Assembly: GCF_964204645.1 (NCBI RefSeq)
Contig: NC_134029.1
Location: 15,370,950 to 15,434,949, forward strand
Direction: 5' to 3'
Source of the DNA: Tubulanus polymorphus
Taxonomy: Eukaryota; Animalia; Nemertea
DNA: 64,000 nt
In this document: positions 38,401 through 50,779 of the stretch, piece after piece
How positions within the stretch are numbered: position 1 is the stretch's first letter
How the letters are laid out: each line of letters begins with the position of its first letter
Made by a program: the position numbers and the translations under genes
The notes under the pieces: generated by a model
What the model saw: the letters and a program-made list of their open reading frames with translations, nothing else
What the model was told of the DNA's origin: nothing
The model's database searches: none

Positions 38401-38580
38401 ACCTTAGCAAAAGTTCCCACAGTGATATTGAAGATGTCGTCTTCTTCCTTCGCTTTGTGTCCCTTTATTTTGATATAGTTACCGGTTGACAATTTAGCAG
38501 CAACAGCCTCTCCGATTTTATAAGAGTAAATGTCAGTACGTTTAATGCTGGCAGTTATGCCGAGGGCATAAAGAAATTCG
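35418..38580 (-). pseudogene. Rearranged second copy of the OB-fold gene (order E1-E3-E2-E4)
   Basis: E1' 38580-38403 (5' truncated), E3' 37291-37076 (30 nt insertion), E2' 36297-36163, E4' 35618-35418 with an in-frame TAG. Confidence 0.8.
37856..38195. mobile_element. MITE inserted into a tRNA-like SINE head
   Basis: TIRs accgagatgacatgaaatata / tatatttcatgccatctcggt. A-box-like gctcggtggtctagtg upstream and B-box ggttcgagtctc downstream. Confidence 0.65.
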
Positions 38581-40089
38581 TTACTATGTAGATGTAGTAT
38601 GCTGAATGCATATACAAAAAAATCACAATATATGTGATTTATTCAAATTTAGCAGAAACAGTCTCTCCAACTTTACAACGGTAAATATTTATAGTTGTAG
38701 GGTATTTTAAAAACACGTGTACGGTACCTGGCTGAATGAACGTCTGTCAGTCATTGCATTGGTGTCGTGAGCGAAAAAAGAGAAGAACCACTACACTGTA
38801 CGTTGTCGTTTTTACGACACTACGTCGTCGTTAATATTATTCTGCCGTTCGCTAGTTCGGACATACTGCATGGTAGCAGTCATGGCGAGTGTGGATAGAA
38901 AGGAATGTCTACATTTTGTGTTCGTTTTTCCTCGATTCCAATACGTGTACCTGAACGTGTGGCGTGGTGGGTGAAAGTGAACGAGTTTGGTTGAGGTAAT
39001 GGGAACCCCGTTTATCCTCACTTGCCACTTAAACATTTCTTACAAGTCAATGTCAATTTAATTATATTCACGAGGAAGGATTGAATATCCAAGTCATTTG
39101 TACAGTTACATTAAGTATATAAAATTAAATTTTAACATTTATCAAATGATAATTATCAATGTATCTATCCAAATAAAAATGTAGAAGTACCGTATAGTAG
39201 GATAGATTACGGTTGAAAAGTGACTCAAGGTGTGGTTTACTCGTTTGCTGGTTGATATAGACTGGTTGGCGGATTTCAAACTTAAGGCGAAGTTATTTTG
39301 TAAAATGCGAATAAATTTTCCTAGTTGAATTAAAAAATTATACCAATAGAAATTTGATTATGTCAGGATGACTCCGAATTTACTTGAAAGGAAATTTAAT
39401 CTGACATAATTCGACTCTTCTATTCACTGAACTTTCGTTTGTAGACCAAGTTTCTGAATGACAATCGTCTTTGCTTGCCAGGGGTTACTTTGATCATGTC
39501 CGAAAAGTTACAGTTTAGTGTTGGGTGCGAACGCACTACCCCACGTGATCCCTAGTTCCACTTGCTTTGTCTAAGCAAATTTTCAACGACTCTGTTATAT
39601 GCAATATTGTCTAACCAATATTGTGTAATAGTTAGAAATCGGGAACTAGAATGCTTAAAATATTCTAAATTTTCTTTGCAGAACACCCCAGGGGGCTTTG
39701 CACCGACAGTGCTCACAATCTCCAGTTCCACCATCAAATAAGTTCCACTCCATCTAAATTCGCACTCACTTAAAAGAAAGGCTGTGTGTGGGCCTGGTAT
39801 GTACCTGGGTATAAAAGGGTAGGGTGTACTGTTGGCAAGGATTTTTAACCAATTTGATTATCCCTAGGATTGATTAAATTGAAAAGACGTGATATGGGTA
39901 TGAAGCAGAATAAACAATATGTAACAAAATTGAAATATATTAATGATAATAGTATAACATTTATTGTGCATGGCTTTTACCATATAAACAATTTGACAAA
40001 AATAAGAATATGTATCATAGATACTAAGTCTATTGACTCTAACCAACTTTTGAGCAACTGGCCCCAGAAAAGTGAGGTATTTGGTGCAG

Positions 40090-40290
40090 TTATAATTGAG
40101 TCAAATCAATTTCTGTGATCATGTCTCCTTCACAAGTGTACATGACGTCTCGTGGTAAATCAAACTGTAGAGCTAAGATGTCAGCTTCTAACTTTGTATG
40201 ATATTTGAGAAGTTTCTTATCAATGATAACAGTGTGATCCTCATCGTCGATATCAGTTAATGTGCCATGGTTGTCTTTGCATTTTTCAAC
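40090..40290 (-). CDS. Nested OB-fold gene, exon 4 (66 aa + stop)
   Basis: TTTATAG acceptor. VEKCKDNHGTLTDIDDEDHTVIIDKKLLKYHTKLEADILALQFDLPRDVMYTCEGDMITEIDLTQL*. AATAAA on the minus strand at 39960-39965. Confidence 0.75.
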   Translation of the reverse strand, partial: VEKCKDNHGTLTDIDDEDHTVIIDKKLLKYHTKLEADILALQFDLPRDVMYTCEGDMITEIDLTQL

Positions 40291-41029
40291 CTATAAACAT
40301 AAAATTTGAAAAGATAAATGTTAAAAATATATATATCTGATTAGAAAATACTGATAGTAATGTATATAGAATTTATTTTATAACTTAGGTTTTATTTATG
40401 GGATGTTTGTTTTTCCACTAAAACAATGAAGCCACTGGTAGAGACATATGTACAAGACATGTCTATTAATGAAATCTAGCAATGACATTAATTCTAATTA
40501 AATTCGGAAGTGTAAAGGTTGTTGGGGTTATGGTGGACAGTAAGAGGTGGTATAACGAGAGATGTTGACATACTGTAGATATGAAATGTGTACTAGGTAG
40601 TATAGAATAGCATGGATGACTGTTAACAATTGGATAGTTAATTGATATCTGTCATAAATTCTACTATAAGTACAATATCTTGACGGTTACAGATGAGTAA
40701 CATCTGTAATGTAGATTCAATTGACTGAAAAATGCAATGTACAATTATATTGTAGATACATATACGTAAAGTAATTCACACTAGCTATGTAAATAGATTG
40801 ATTTTAAAATAGGGATCATTTATTTATTACGTACGCATTAGGGGAGGGGGAGGGGTCAGTGTAATTGTGTACTGTAATGCTTAATGTATACCGAAAAATT
40901 TGTGTAGGCCTACAGAGGGAGAGGGATGGTTGAACAATTCAAATTTTATGTGTTCGTAATTAAAGAATGATCCCGTGTATAATATTTAATAAAATAGGAT
41001 AGAAGAAATATGATGAATGTTTACTTTAC

Positions 41030-41215
41030 CTCTAATGTAGTGGTAGGAGTAGACTGTATTTCCGTTTTGTTATTATAGATATTTACTTCCATGCGCTTGA
41101 CTGTAACTCTAGACCCAGCACTTACTTCAATACCATTCCAAAATTTTGCGACTAATTTATTATTGTTGTCATCAGATAGATGAACATCGGTTCGCTTACC
41201 AGGGCTCTGAATTAC
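41030..41215 (-). CDS. Nested OB-fold gene, exon 3 (62 aa)
   Basis: TTTTTATCAAG acceptor and GTAAAG donor. VIQSPGKRTDVHLSDDNNNKLVAKFWNGIEVSAGSRVTVKRMEVNIYNNKTEIQSTPTTTLE has an RPA-type OB pattern (L.D....L...FW, G..V.V, I.ST..T.L). Confidence 0.8.
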
Positions 41216-41506
41216 CTTGATAAAAATTGAAAATAAATGTCACCATACAATTAAAACAGGTCCTAGCACCAAGTGACTTTGTGAAAAAAGAATTATTGCT
41301 AAATTGTTAGGATAAAATATAAGATAATGGATTTGAATGTACATGTTTACATATGGAGTAAGGATTTGGCTGTAGTTCAATCAGTAGTAGCAATAGTAAG
41401 AAGTTCAGTTATGACAGTACCTATTAGTTTATGTACAAGTAGAAGAGTAAAAGCAATATTGGTTAAAATAGCCATATTAAGCGGGAATAAGACGAGGGAT
41501 ACCTAC

Positions 41507-41641
41507 CTTTTCGACTTTTGCCGAAACACTAATACGTCGTCTTTTAGGAGCTGACAAAGCATCTAAGACCGAACAAATAGGTGGATTCATAATACTGTCT
41601 ATTCGATCCTGCTCAACTTTGAACTTTGAGCTATAAAAAAT
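41507..41641 (-). CDS. Nested OB-fold gene, exon 2 (45 aa)
   Basis: TTCTGCTTACAG acceptor and GTAGGT donor. IFYSSKFKVEQDRIDSIMNPPICSVLDALSAPKRRRISVSAKVEK. Confidence 0.8.
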
Positions 41642-42598
41642 CTGTAAGCAGAATTTTAAACTTAAGATATACGAAAAAATGATCAAAAATTTTAATACGC
41701 ATAAATTGATTTAGATACCCAGGATTTTCGCAAATTGGATCAATTATGAGCATTGCAATAGTGGCCATTCATTTTTATTATACCTCCATGACGGGAATAA
41801 GATCATTGTTATAATGTAGGCCTAGTAACTGTTCTAGTAGAGGGGGTTTTTAACATACCGAATGTTTTATTGTTAAGTCCTGTGTGTCCTAGATAATTTG
41901 CATATTGATGAAATTAGGAAGTGGTTATTTTGCTGGATACAGTCACTGATTCTTATTAGGGCCTATTTTAGTGGATATCATCTGTAATTGACTGATTTAT
42001 TTTACGCATGTACAAAGAGGTGCATGACTTCGAAAATTAAACATCTAAATTTGGAAAAATGGGGTGCACTGGGTGGGTTGGGTTACATTTGGGGGTCCAA
42101 TGCAAAAATACCGCTCCTGTCCTATCGTTCATGTCAAAGTCGAAATACTTACAGTGACTGACACAATATCGTGTAAGATTGTCGATATTCAAATAAAGAC
42201 ACTGGAGATTACTCTACCCATCGTTAAAATCTTTTTTTTACTACTCATTACAGTCTAAATGTCTGCCTCCTCATCCAAATCCCAAAATATCAAATTAACG
42301 GGGTATTTTTGTGCACAAAATTCTATAATATAAAAATGAGTAACTATTTCCGGGTTTGGATTCTTGAGTATCGGCAGTCACTGTGCGTTAAGAACTACGT
42401 GTCAACGCGTTGCGAGCCACTTGAAACATAAAAAGCAAACTTAAATTGCCAAATTGGTCGGGCTGTCAAAAACAGTAACATATTCGATAGTTCTTCGGTA
42501 TTTTAACAATAGTCGCCTATGACAAATTACGGGTATTAGCGTAAATGTTACTTTTAACCATTTTACGGTTATCGTAGGCCTATGTTATAAAAACAAAC

Positions 42599-42838
42599 CT
42601 TAGCAGAAGTTCCTACAGTGATATTGAAGATGTCGTCTTCTTCCTTCGCTTTGTGTCCCTTTATTTTGATATAGTTACCGGCTGTCAATTTTGCAGAAAC
42701 AGCCTCTCCGATTTTATAACAGTAAATGTCAGCACGTTTATTGCTGGCAGTTATGCCGAGGGCATAAAGAAATTCTTCACCACGTTTCGTGGTTCTCTTC
42801 GTAGAATTTTCCAACACGTGTACTTGCATGTCAGCCAT
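42599..42838 (-). CDS. Nested OB-fold gene, exon 1 (80 aa)
   Basis: ATG at 42838. MADMQVHVLENSTK...FNITVGTSAK followed by a GTTTGT donor (phase 0). A paralogous copy at 38403-38580 keeps the same donor. Confidence 0.8.
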
Positions 42839-42843
42839 AATGA

Positions 42844-42879
42844 GAAGTGAATACCGGATTGAGGGATGCGCAATTTATA
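42844..42879 (-). promoter_or_regulatory. TATA box plus Initiator of the nested gene
   Basis: Minus-strand TATAAA (42879-42874) lies 31 nt upstream of the A in an Inr-like TCACTTC (42850-42844). That A is 10 nt before the ATG. Confidence 0.6.
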
Positions 42880-45800
42880 CTTGGTGTATGGTCACTGGCC
42901 GGTAGTGATCCTCACCTGCCACAAGGATAACTAGACAACTTGCCACAAACAGAATTGTCGTTAGCTTTTAAGATGTGTACTATTAATTTGTGCCAATTTC
43001 AATATTGAAACGAGTTCATATTTTTGGCAAGTGTGTAATTTGAGCAAGTGTCAAGTTATTTTAGTGGCTAAAGTTGGGACATTAGTCAATTACAGACTTG
43101 GTCAATTAACTATTCTCGTAGTGTCTACATGCTGTCAGTGTTGATTTTAGCCAAAAAGTCATTATAAAAATTCATCATAATTATATTTCACTATAATTCG
43201 ATATATTTTTGATAATACAATGTACATTATTTACATTCATACAAGAGGAATTTTTAGTCAGCTGGGCCGATCACTCATCAGTAAAAGTGGTCCTATTTTC
43301 CCCAAATCCTGAAAAAATTCTTCGATGAATTTTGAAAATAAAATGATAAGTAGTTGTATAAAGTCATTTTAAAGTGTGTTTATTTTAGTTTATTTCAACG
43401 TAACGATCTGTTTCCATAAAAATGCGAGATTGACTGTAAGTACAGGCTATATCTAACTTCCCTACAAAGTATAGTGTAATCACGGAAATAATGACTCCCT
43501 CCCTATATTCCATTATGGTATAGTCCATGCGATAGCCAATGAAATTGCGCTCCGTATGAGCGTGCGTGACGCTTCAAACAATGAACAAAGTTCATGTGAC
43601 AGACCCTACACGACTGAAGTAGTAATATAATTATGACCAAAACGACGTGAAGACATTAGAATGACTTCAAAAATCGTCAAAATATACCCTTAAGGGCTTC
43701 ACGACTGATATGTTCCTTTTGGTGTAGGATACACGTTAGTAAATCTTCCCTAAATAAATGTAACGGACAATTTTTTTACGATCACTGGAACCCTGCATTG
43801 TCATGTTTTTATTTGGTTTCTCCTATTACCTGCGCGCCGAACAGTTTATACATAGCGTCAGTCAATCAGAGTCGGCCGGTGTTTTAGGCGGGACGCAGTA
43901 GCCTATTCCACTGTGTATACAGTACAGTGTAGTCTGTACATACTAAAAAAATGAACAATGACTTATTTGAAGGAATAAGTCTTTCTGAGTTAATCATTTT
44001 GATTCACTAGAAGTGAAGTTGTGTACAAGGTGGAATCTTGTATAAATAAATTATAAAGATTTAATTCATAGAAATGTCTTACGCATTTTTCATGCTATAA
44101 ACAGGATTCCGTTTTCGGATAGATGGATGACAGATGAATGGAAGGCCGAGAAGACCATGGTGCCAAGTAGCTAGGGCAAAAACTAAATTCGCTTTAAAAA
44201 GATAAATTATTAATATTTTAGTGAAAAATACTTTTATTTCAAAGCAAATAATCATTTCTGATCAGAATAAAATTATAACTTTTACAACTAATGGAAATGT
44301 AATTTAAAGTTTCAAAGTCATGCCAGTATTTAGGATTCACAGTTGTTACATTCGATTGATTTATTTGTATTGATAATTGGTACATAGATTCATTTGATTG
44401 TCATACAAAATTCAAAATTACATAGCATATCGAATAAGTCTGCAATGGCACTTAATTACAGAAAGTAAAAACAAATATGAAATTTTCAGATATAATATGA
44501 CTGAAAGAACTCGTCATTTTTCCCTATACAAAATACAAAAATATATGTACAAATTGATGGAGTGACGGATGACGAATTAAGAAAGGTTAAAGACAGTATT
44601 TTTCAAAAAATTCTAGAATTATTAAATAGGGCTTTTCTAATGAATTTCAAAACCATTTTTTTTTCTAATTAAACATAGCCTACACAATATTTTTATAGAA
44701 AAATTGTGGGTAAATTATTTGAACTGACAATGCTGTTACTAATGATTCAATAAGTTATTCAGTTATCGAGGATATAATGGCAGTTTCTCTGATAGACAAT
44801 TCTAATTATTGTCATGAATGATTTCATGCTGAGTCAATATTCCCTAGTGGTTGTTAGGAAAACACTAGTAACTCTTCAATTGCTTGATGCTACATCATAT
44901 TTGAAATAGATTTATTTAACATTCAGATCTAGTTTTGAGGAATGTATGTACAAATGATTGAAACACAATTTCAGTTCCTATTGACTCAGCATTTGTTTTG
45001 ATCAATATTGCCAAGTTCTGTATGTTTTTCACCACAAATCACCTCCCATTAATGTTTCCACGTGTCATGTATGTCTTTGTACCGTATTCCACAGAACTAT
45101 ACATTTACCCAGTCTTTGATTTACTGTACATATACGTGTAAAATACCCACTTGCTACAAAATATTACCAGAAAACCAAAATCGCCACGGTGGGTTTGGGA
45201 TCAAGTCAGTAATTTCTCCCTGATCCACTACAAGAGTTATAGCTTTCATAAAAATTAAAAAAACGCAGTTGGTTTTTGATAGAGAATTAACTTATAAAAA
45301 GAGGACAATTGGTTACTGCCCTCCTCTCGATCATGAGATCCCTTCTTCTACTTCACTAAAATTGAACAACAGGAAATTCCAATCTAAATTACACCCCATT
45401 TCCTGGATTTACTCAGGAAAAATAGTACCATCCAAAATACAGAATTAAATCTCTGAAAATTATTCTTAATTGAAAATAAACATTATAACACTCCAACTAA
45501 CTGAACCTGATAAAGTTAATAATTGAAGTTTATACTATAATCTGATGAATCTCAATATTTTAAAGTTCTAAACGTGGGCAGATGCAATCTGTTTGGATAT
45601 CTATCAGTATCCATGGGATTATTTGGGATTAATTCTCAGCGTCAGAATACGTATTTCTAGAGCAGTGGAACGGCAGCCTACTCGTGACTGAAACCCGTAT
45701 GTGATCGTGCGGGAACGCATTTACTAAAGTTAAAACCATTTCATGATGACACGAAACATCAAACGGTAAATGGTAGGCTATCACCATGATACGATATCAC

Positions 45801-46159
45801 CAATAAAGATAGATCCTTTTATTCAATTTTACCAGAGTTGTTTATTGGAGGAAAATATCATTGTTAAGTACGCCGAGAACAACCATGTTGTATCATCAAT
45901 CAGTTGACTGACATTGTAAAATTCGATTCGGCTATATTCTAATATAAGTTTTCATTTTAGGACGCCCTACCCGCCTGCTGCGCACTCATAAGGCGGTAGC
46001 ACCCTCTTACGCACTCGGCAGAGATTCGCTTTGTAATGCGTGCCGGGAAAAAATACCTTTTATTATCTTTTCCATGTGTTAAACAACAGTGATTGAATTT
46101 ACACGTTGTTTGTCGTAAATTGCAATATTGCGATGGTTATTTGCCGCTGCTGTAGTTTT

Positions 46160-46639
46160 TTGGGTCTTAGGTTTAGTATATTATATATAGGTGTCACTAA
46201 ACCTAAGGCCCATAAACCTAAGACCCGACTCTAAATCGTTATCTGTGTACTTTAGACTATTCAAAATGGTTCTAATATATAGATATTAGTTAAAATGATC
46301 CATCGATGGCCTATTTGAATTTTATTTATTTATCAGAGACGAGATATTTGAGGGTCTTAGGTTTATGGGTCTTAGGTTTAGTATATTATATATAGGTGTC
46401 ACTAAACTTAAGGCCCATAAACCTAAGACCCGACTCTAAATCCATATTTGTGTACTTTAGACTATTCAAAATGGTTCTAATATATAGATATTAGTTAAAA
46501 TGATCCATCGATGGCCTATTTAAAGTTTGTTTATTTATCAGAGACGAGATATTTGGGGGTCACTAAAGGTGTGACTAAACCTAAGACCCCCTTAACATAA
46601 GACCTAACGGGTCTTAGGTCTTAGGTTTAGTGACACCCC
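46160..46639. mobile_element. MITE-like element with internal ~200 bp duplication
   Basis: Repeated gggtcttaggtttagt / actaaacctaagaccc inverted motifs; gggtgtcactaaacct-type terminus ends ggtttagtgacaccc. Confidence 0.6.
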
Positions 46640-47300
46640 TCAACGAGCATACAAAGAAACAGCAAAAAATTTAGTCTAAAAATGCCCATCAACAATGAAT
46701 TGCTACGAGCAATATCCATGATTGACCCTAGATGTCATGGTTCAAAGGTCACGTTGGCAGAAATGAAACGGCTGCCAAAATTAGTGACAAATGTAAGTAA
46801 TTGCGCCACAAGAATTTGATGCAGGTTCATCAGTACTGTGCCAACAAAACATTGCCACCTGCAACCGATACTGATGGCAATTATGTCAGAATTGATCAAT
46901 GGTAAACGAAGGTAATTTCAACCCGAAAATATCAACATCTCTGTCGAATGATTTTGGCGATTTCATCGAGCTTTAGTTACCCAGTTGTAGAAAGGAGTTT
47001 CAGCATTCTTGGTGATTCTCCGAATACTCAGACATTGAGATTGAATATAGAAACCATGCATCAATGCTATCTAGACAGTGAAATACGCACTAAACAAACC
47101 CGCTGTTCCACATTTTCACAAAGGCAACGACGTCATGTACGACCCTGTAGATAAAAATTTGGTGAGAAACATCCAACATTCTGCTGGATGTTACAAGGCA
47201 GAGCTGACAGAAAAGAAATTCGCAGAGTCCAGGAAAGCCGTTGAAAAACTTTCAAAGAAGAAATAGTTTCAGCTAAAAGACAGAGAAGTAAGGGGCTAAC
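46640..47300 (+). mobile_element. hAT-like transposase remnant (C-terminal/dimerisation region)
   Basis: KMPINNELLRAISMIDP...VRIDQW...KYQHLCRMILAISSSFSYPVVERSFSIL...LRLNIET; stops and frameshifts. Confidence 0.7.
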
Positions 47301-48029
47301 TTTAGACGCGTTTAAAGATGACGTGGACTCTACTACTTTAAAATGTTTGCAGTGTAAGGTCTGCTTTTTGTAATCTTTGACTCAAAATGAATAAGTATCA
47401 GTTTGTCAAAATATTTCACTAAAATTACGAAATAATGGTATAGTGCGTGTCTTCTTTTCTCGGACATTAATCGTTGGGGCGTTTCACACAACAAGATAAA
47501 ATAAATTACTAATGCATGATTGGAATAGCCTTTCGTCAAGAACCTTTGGCAATAAGCCCCATATTCGCCAAGAAATACAGATAATTGATAGTACGATGGA
47601 CTGATGAATTGTTCCGTAAGCTTAGGCGAAAAATGGTACCGGTACCATTTTTCCACTCTGCTCAGATTAAAAGTTGACCCGGCCGGCTGCCAATCGACCC
47701 TGTACAATACTCTTCTTTTGTTCGAAGGAATGAGAACCTAGGCTTTCGTCAAGTTGCAGTAATGAAGTCACAGGACAGGATCGGAAGATTTTCTTTTTTC
47801 CAGATTGAGTGATATGCCTCAATGAAATAGGTCGATAGAAATTAGTTTGTCTTAAAAATATCATTATTACATGATAACTAGATTTAAATACTCTGAATGA
47901 TATCATTTTTTAATCTTGCGTAATGAGCGATTTATAAATATTTGTGATCCATTTACACCAAATAAACCTTTAAAGAATGGTATTTCGCATCGGATGTTGT
48001 ACCAAAAATTCCAGATTGATACACTACAT

Positions 48030-49001
48030 AGTTTTTCAAGCACCATGCTGTTATCCTGCGCAAAGCTGCTAGCCAACAATGCCCACCGGAGCTGAAAATC
48101 TGTTAGTTTGGTTGGGTGACCAAGGACGGTATTCCCATTCCTGCCATCTCAAAAGGACCCGCGGGACCCAAGGCACTCCTCGAGGTCATTGCAGGTAACT
48201 GTGCATCAGAAGCGAAGGCACGTAGTGCGCATAGCTGCAGCTGTCATCGTGAGGGACTTTCGTGCAGAATCTACTGCAAATGTTCATCTTGGGAAAAGTG
48301 TCATAATCCACATAAAGCTGATCAAGAGGAAGAAGATGACAATGAAACCCATGAGCAGCAAGAGGACAATTGAGCCGAAGATGAATTGGAACCAGATATG
48401 GGACTTGATGAATGGGAAAAAAATATGACAGTTTTTAAATGGCTTTGTGCAGAATATCACTTGAGGTCCTCACAGGTTACAGAAATCAAGTCAATTCTAA
48501 CTACCTTGAATTGATCTCAGACGTCCCATACAATGTTGATAACTGTTTTATCAATAGCATATTGAATAATTGCAGTTATAGTTGTTATATTTATAGTCTA
48601 TGGTTCAACACCTTCAATCAGATACCCAACATGGATGGGTTTGTCGATGATTACAGATTTTTCTAATTTTTAAGTGGCGGGCATTTATAAAGGCATTTTT
48701 CGTCACAGAAAATTATATATTCTGTTGTAATTGTTATTTTCACATTCTGTGACCTTCAAAGACCTTGAAATGGATACCAAACATTGATATGTTACTATAA
48801 AATTGTGGATTTTTAATTTCTTAATGGACATTTTGGGGCATGGTACCTTCTGGGGCTATGAAAAAGTTGCCCAAGGTTTCCAAGGTGGCATCAGTGGATA
48901 TTTTCCGTCTTTATTTCCGATCTAACTGTCTAACTGTCCGATCATTTGTATTCAAGCCGATAGAGTTTTGACTCTTTTTCATTAGTTCTGCTTAATCTCT
49001 A
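48030..49001 (+). mobile_element. DNA transposon 3' remnant with Cys-rich CXC finger (Academ-like)
   Basis: FGWVTKDGIPIP...GPAGPKALLEVI..C....HSCSCHREGLSCRIYCKC followed by an acidic tail, the Cys8-type C-terminus seen in Academ-type ORFs. Element end is uncertain. Confidence 0.55.
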
Positions 49002-49899
49002 GAGTACCGATGTTTAATTTTGATGTTGGATTAAACATACACTGATGTAAATTTAGAAAAGTCCATATTAAGTATCTCGTTTCTTGTTTATAATGCTTAT
49101 CATCTTCAGCATTAACGACCAGATGGTTGTCCTCGGCCTAAAACGCTGCCGTTAGCAAACATCTTAAGGAATAAGAGGTCAATGAATAGGAAATTTACAC
49201 GTGAAACGATCATTGGACTTTTATTTACCAAACTTTGAGTTTGTATTAACTTAATTCGTTGCATGATCCTCCATCTTAGTCCTAAAGCCAGGCAGACATT
49301 TCAGGCACCGCGCAATGCAGTTAATTCAACAGCTCGCAGAATAAAATCAATTAGTTTCACCACTGTCAGAGAACTAGGATAAATTAAATATAAGGCCTAT
49401 GTGGGATCATTAAAATGTATGACAGCTTATACCAAATTAACACTCTTCTGTTTCTGTCAGTCATAAAAGGCGTACTTGCTTATACTAAAAACAATTGAAT
49501 GATATTTACTAATAGTTACCCCACATCCAATAATCTTATATAATAATACCGAATTGTCGTACCGACTGCTCCGCCGTTTATGGATGTATCGTCCTGAATT
49601 TGCCCGGTGGTAGATCTCGATGTCTTTTATCGTTTGGGCATGGTTTCCAATGAAAATGTATTCTATAATTATGTGGTTGGCCATCTACTAAATTTTTTGT
49701 GGTATCTCCTACTGTTCACAAAGGGCGCATTGGTCTGCTGGCATCACTGACTTGAGACAGCCACTGCTGATAGAGTACGAGTTTTTGCTGCATTTGTGAA
49801 ATTGTTTTTCAAATTTAACATATCATGAGCAATTAACCCACTTAATGTAATGCTGCCGGTTCAAAGCAATACACTCACTCACTGAAGTCAGCAGAGTGA

Positions 49900-50195
49900 T
49901 TGTATTGGGCCGAGGCGTTAGCGTGTGTGACCAAACATTTTTGTTGTTTATCTGTTACCTGTTGCACCCGCGGGTTCAAATCTTCAGTACCGCGTAAAAT
50001 TGAAATGATCATATCAGTACTTTACATTTATTTGTTTCTACATAGAGTTCTGTTACCTTGGTCCTCCGTGGGAGGAAGACATTTTCAGTATGCGATTAAG
50101 GGCCTCAGTATCATCGGGCACATGTCAAGTCCGTCCGAGATCCCATATAGTCCCAACGGGCATGGGTGATAACACTACATAATAGGCCATAAAAT
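49900..50195 (+). mobile_element. tRNA-derived SINE-like element
   Basis: gggccgaggcgttagcg (A box) and cgggttcaaatc (B box), followed by a GC-richer body. Confidence 0.45.
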
Positions 50196-50506
50196 ATTCC
50201 TACTCATTTCAAGTGTAATGAATTAAAAAGTCGGAAGTTCTACGTTTAAAAATAACCCGTGGTTTCCACGGGCTTTCCACTAGTAATAACGAATACACGT
50301 AGTCATATTTCTTCCCAACATACGCCCATCGTGTAAGGTCTCATGTCAAGTACATCCTTATTCAAAAATATTTGTCATATAATTGAACCTCGTTACCATA
50401 ACATAATTAACTGGTAAATTTGCATTAGTCGTATCAAGATAGTAGATAACATGAAATATAAGATGAAGAAGTTGACTTATGTTCGTGTTCTATTACATCC
50501 AACTAG

Positions 50507-50632
50507 ATATGGATGAGTGTTCCCAGAATCCATCGGTCTGTGGCGGTGGAAAGTGTAAGAATGAAATTGGATCATACGGTTGCATCTGCCAGAATGGTTG
50601 GATTCTCTCAGAAAATCGGAAATCATGTACAG
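50507..50632 (+). CDS. FBN: Fibrillin exon: cbEGF (FBN1 cbEGF16-like)
   Basis: 126 nt, aactag/gttagt. DMDECSQNPSVCGGGKCKNEIGSYGCICQNGWILSENRKSCT. Confidence 0.94.
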
Positions 50633-50779
50633 GTTAGTTTACCTTTATCTTACTTCATGAGAGTGATAACCCATTATGTTTTCAGATCGGAGTACCCGTA
50701 CATTTTATTAAGTAAATGTTTTGCTATATAAACGGAAGAAAAAACCTTATTATCAGTAAATATTGATATAGTAAAACCA

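Noticed and set aside
30507-50506. Intron length is exactly 20,000 bp by my coordinates
   Set aside because: There is no gap, filler or junction signature, so it is regarded as coincidence.
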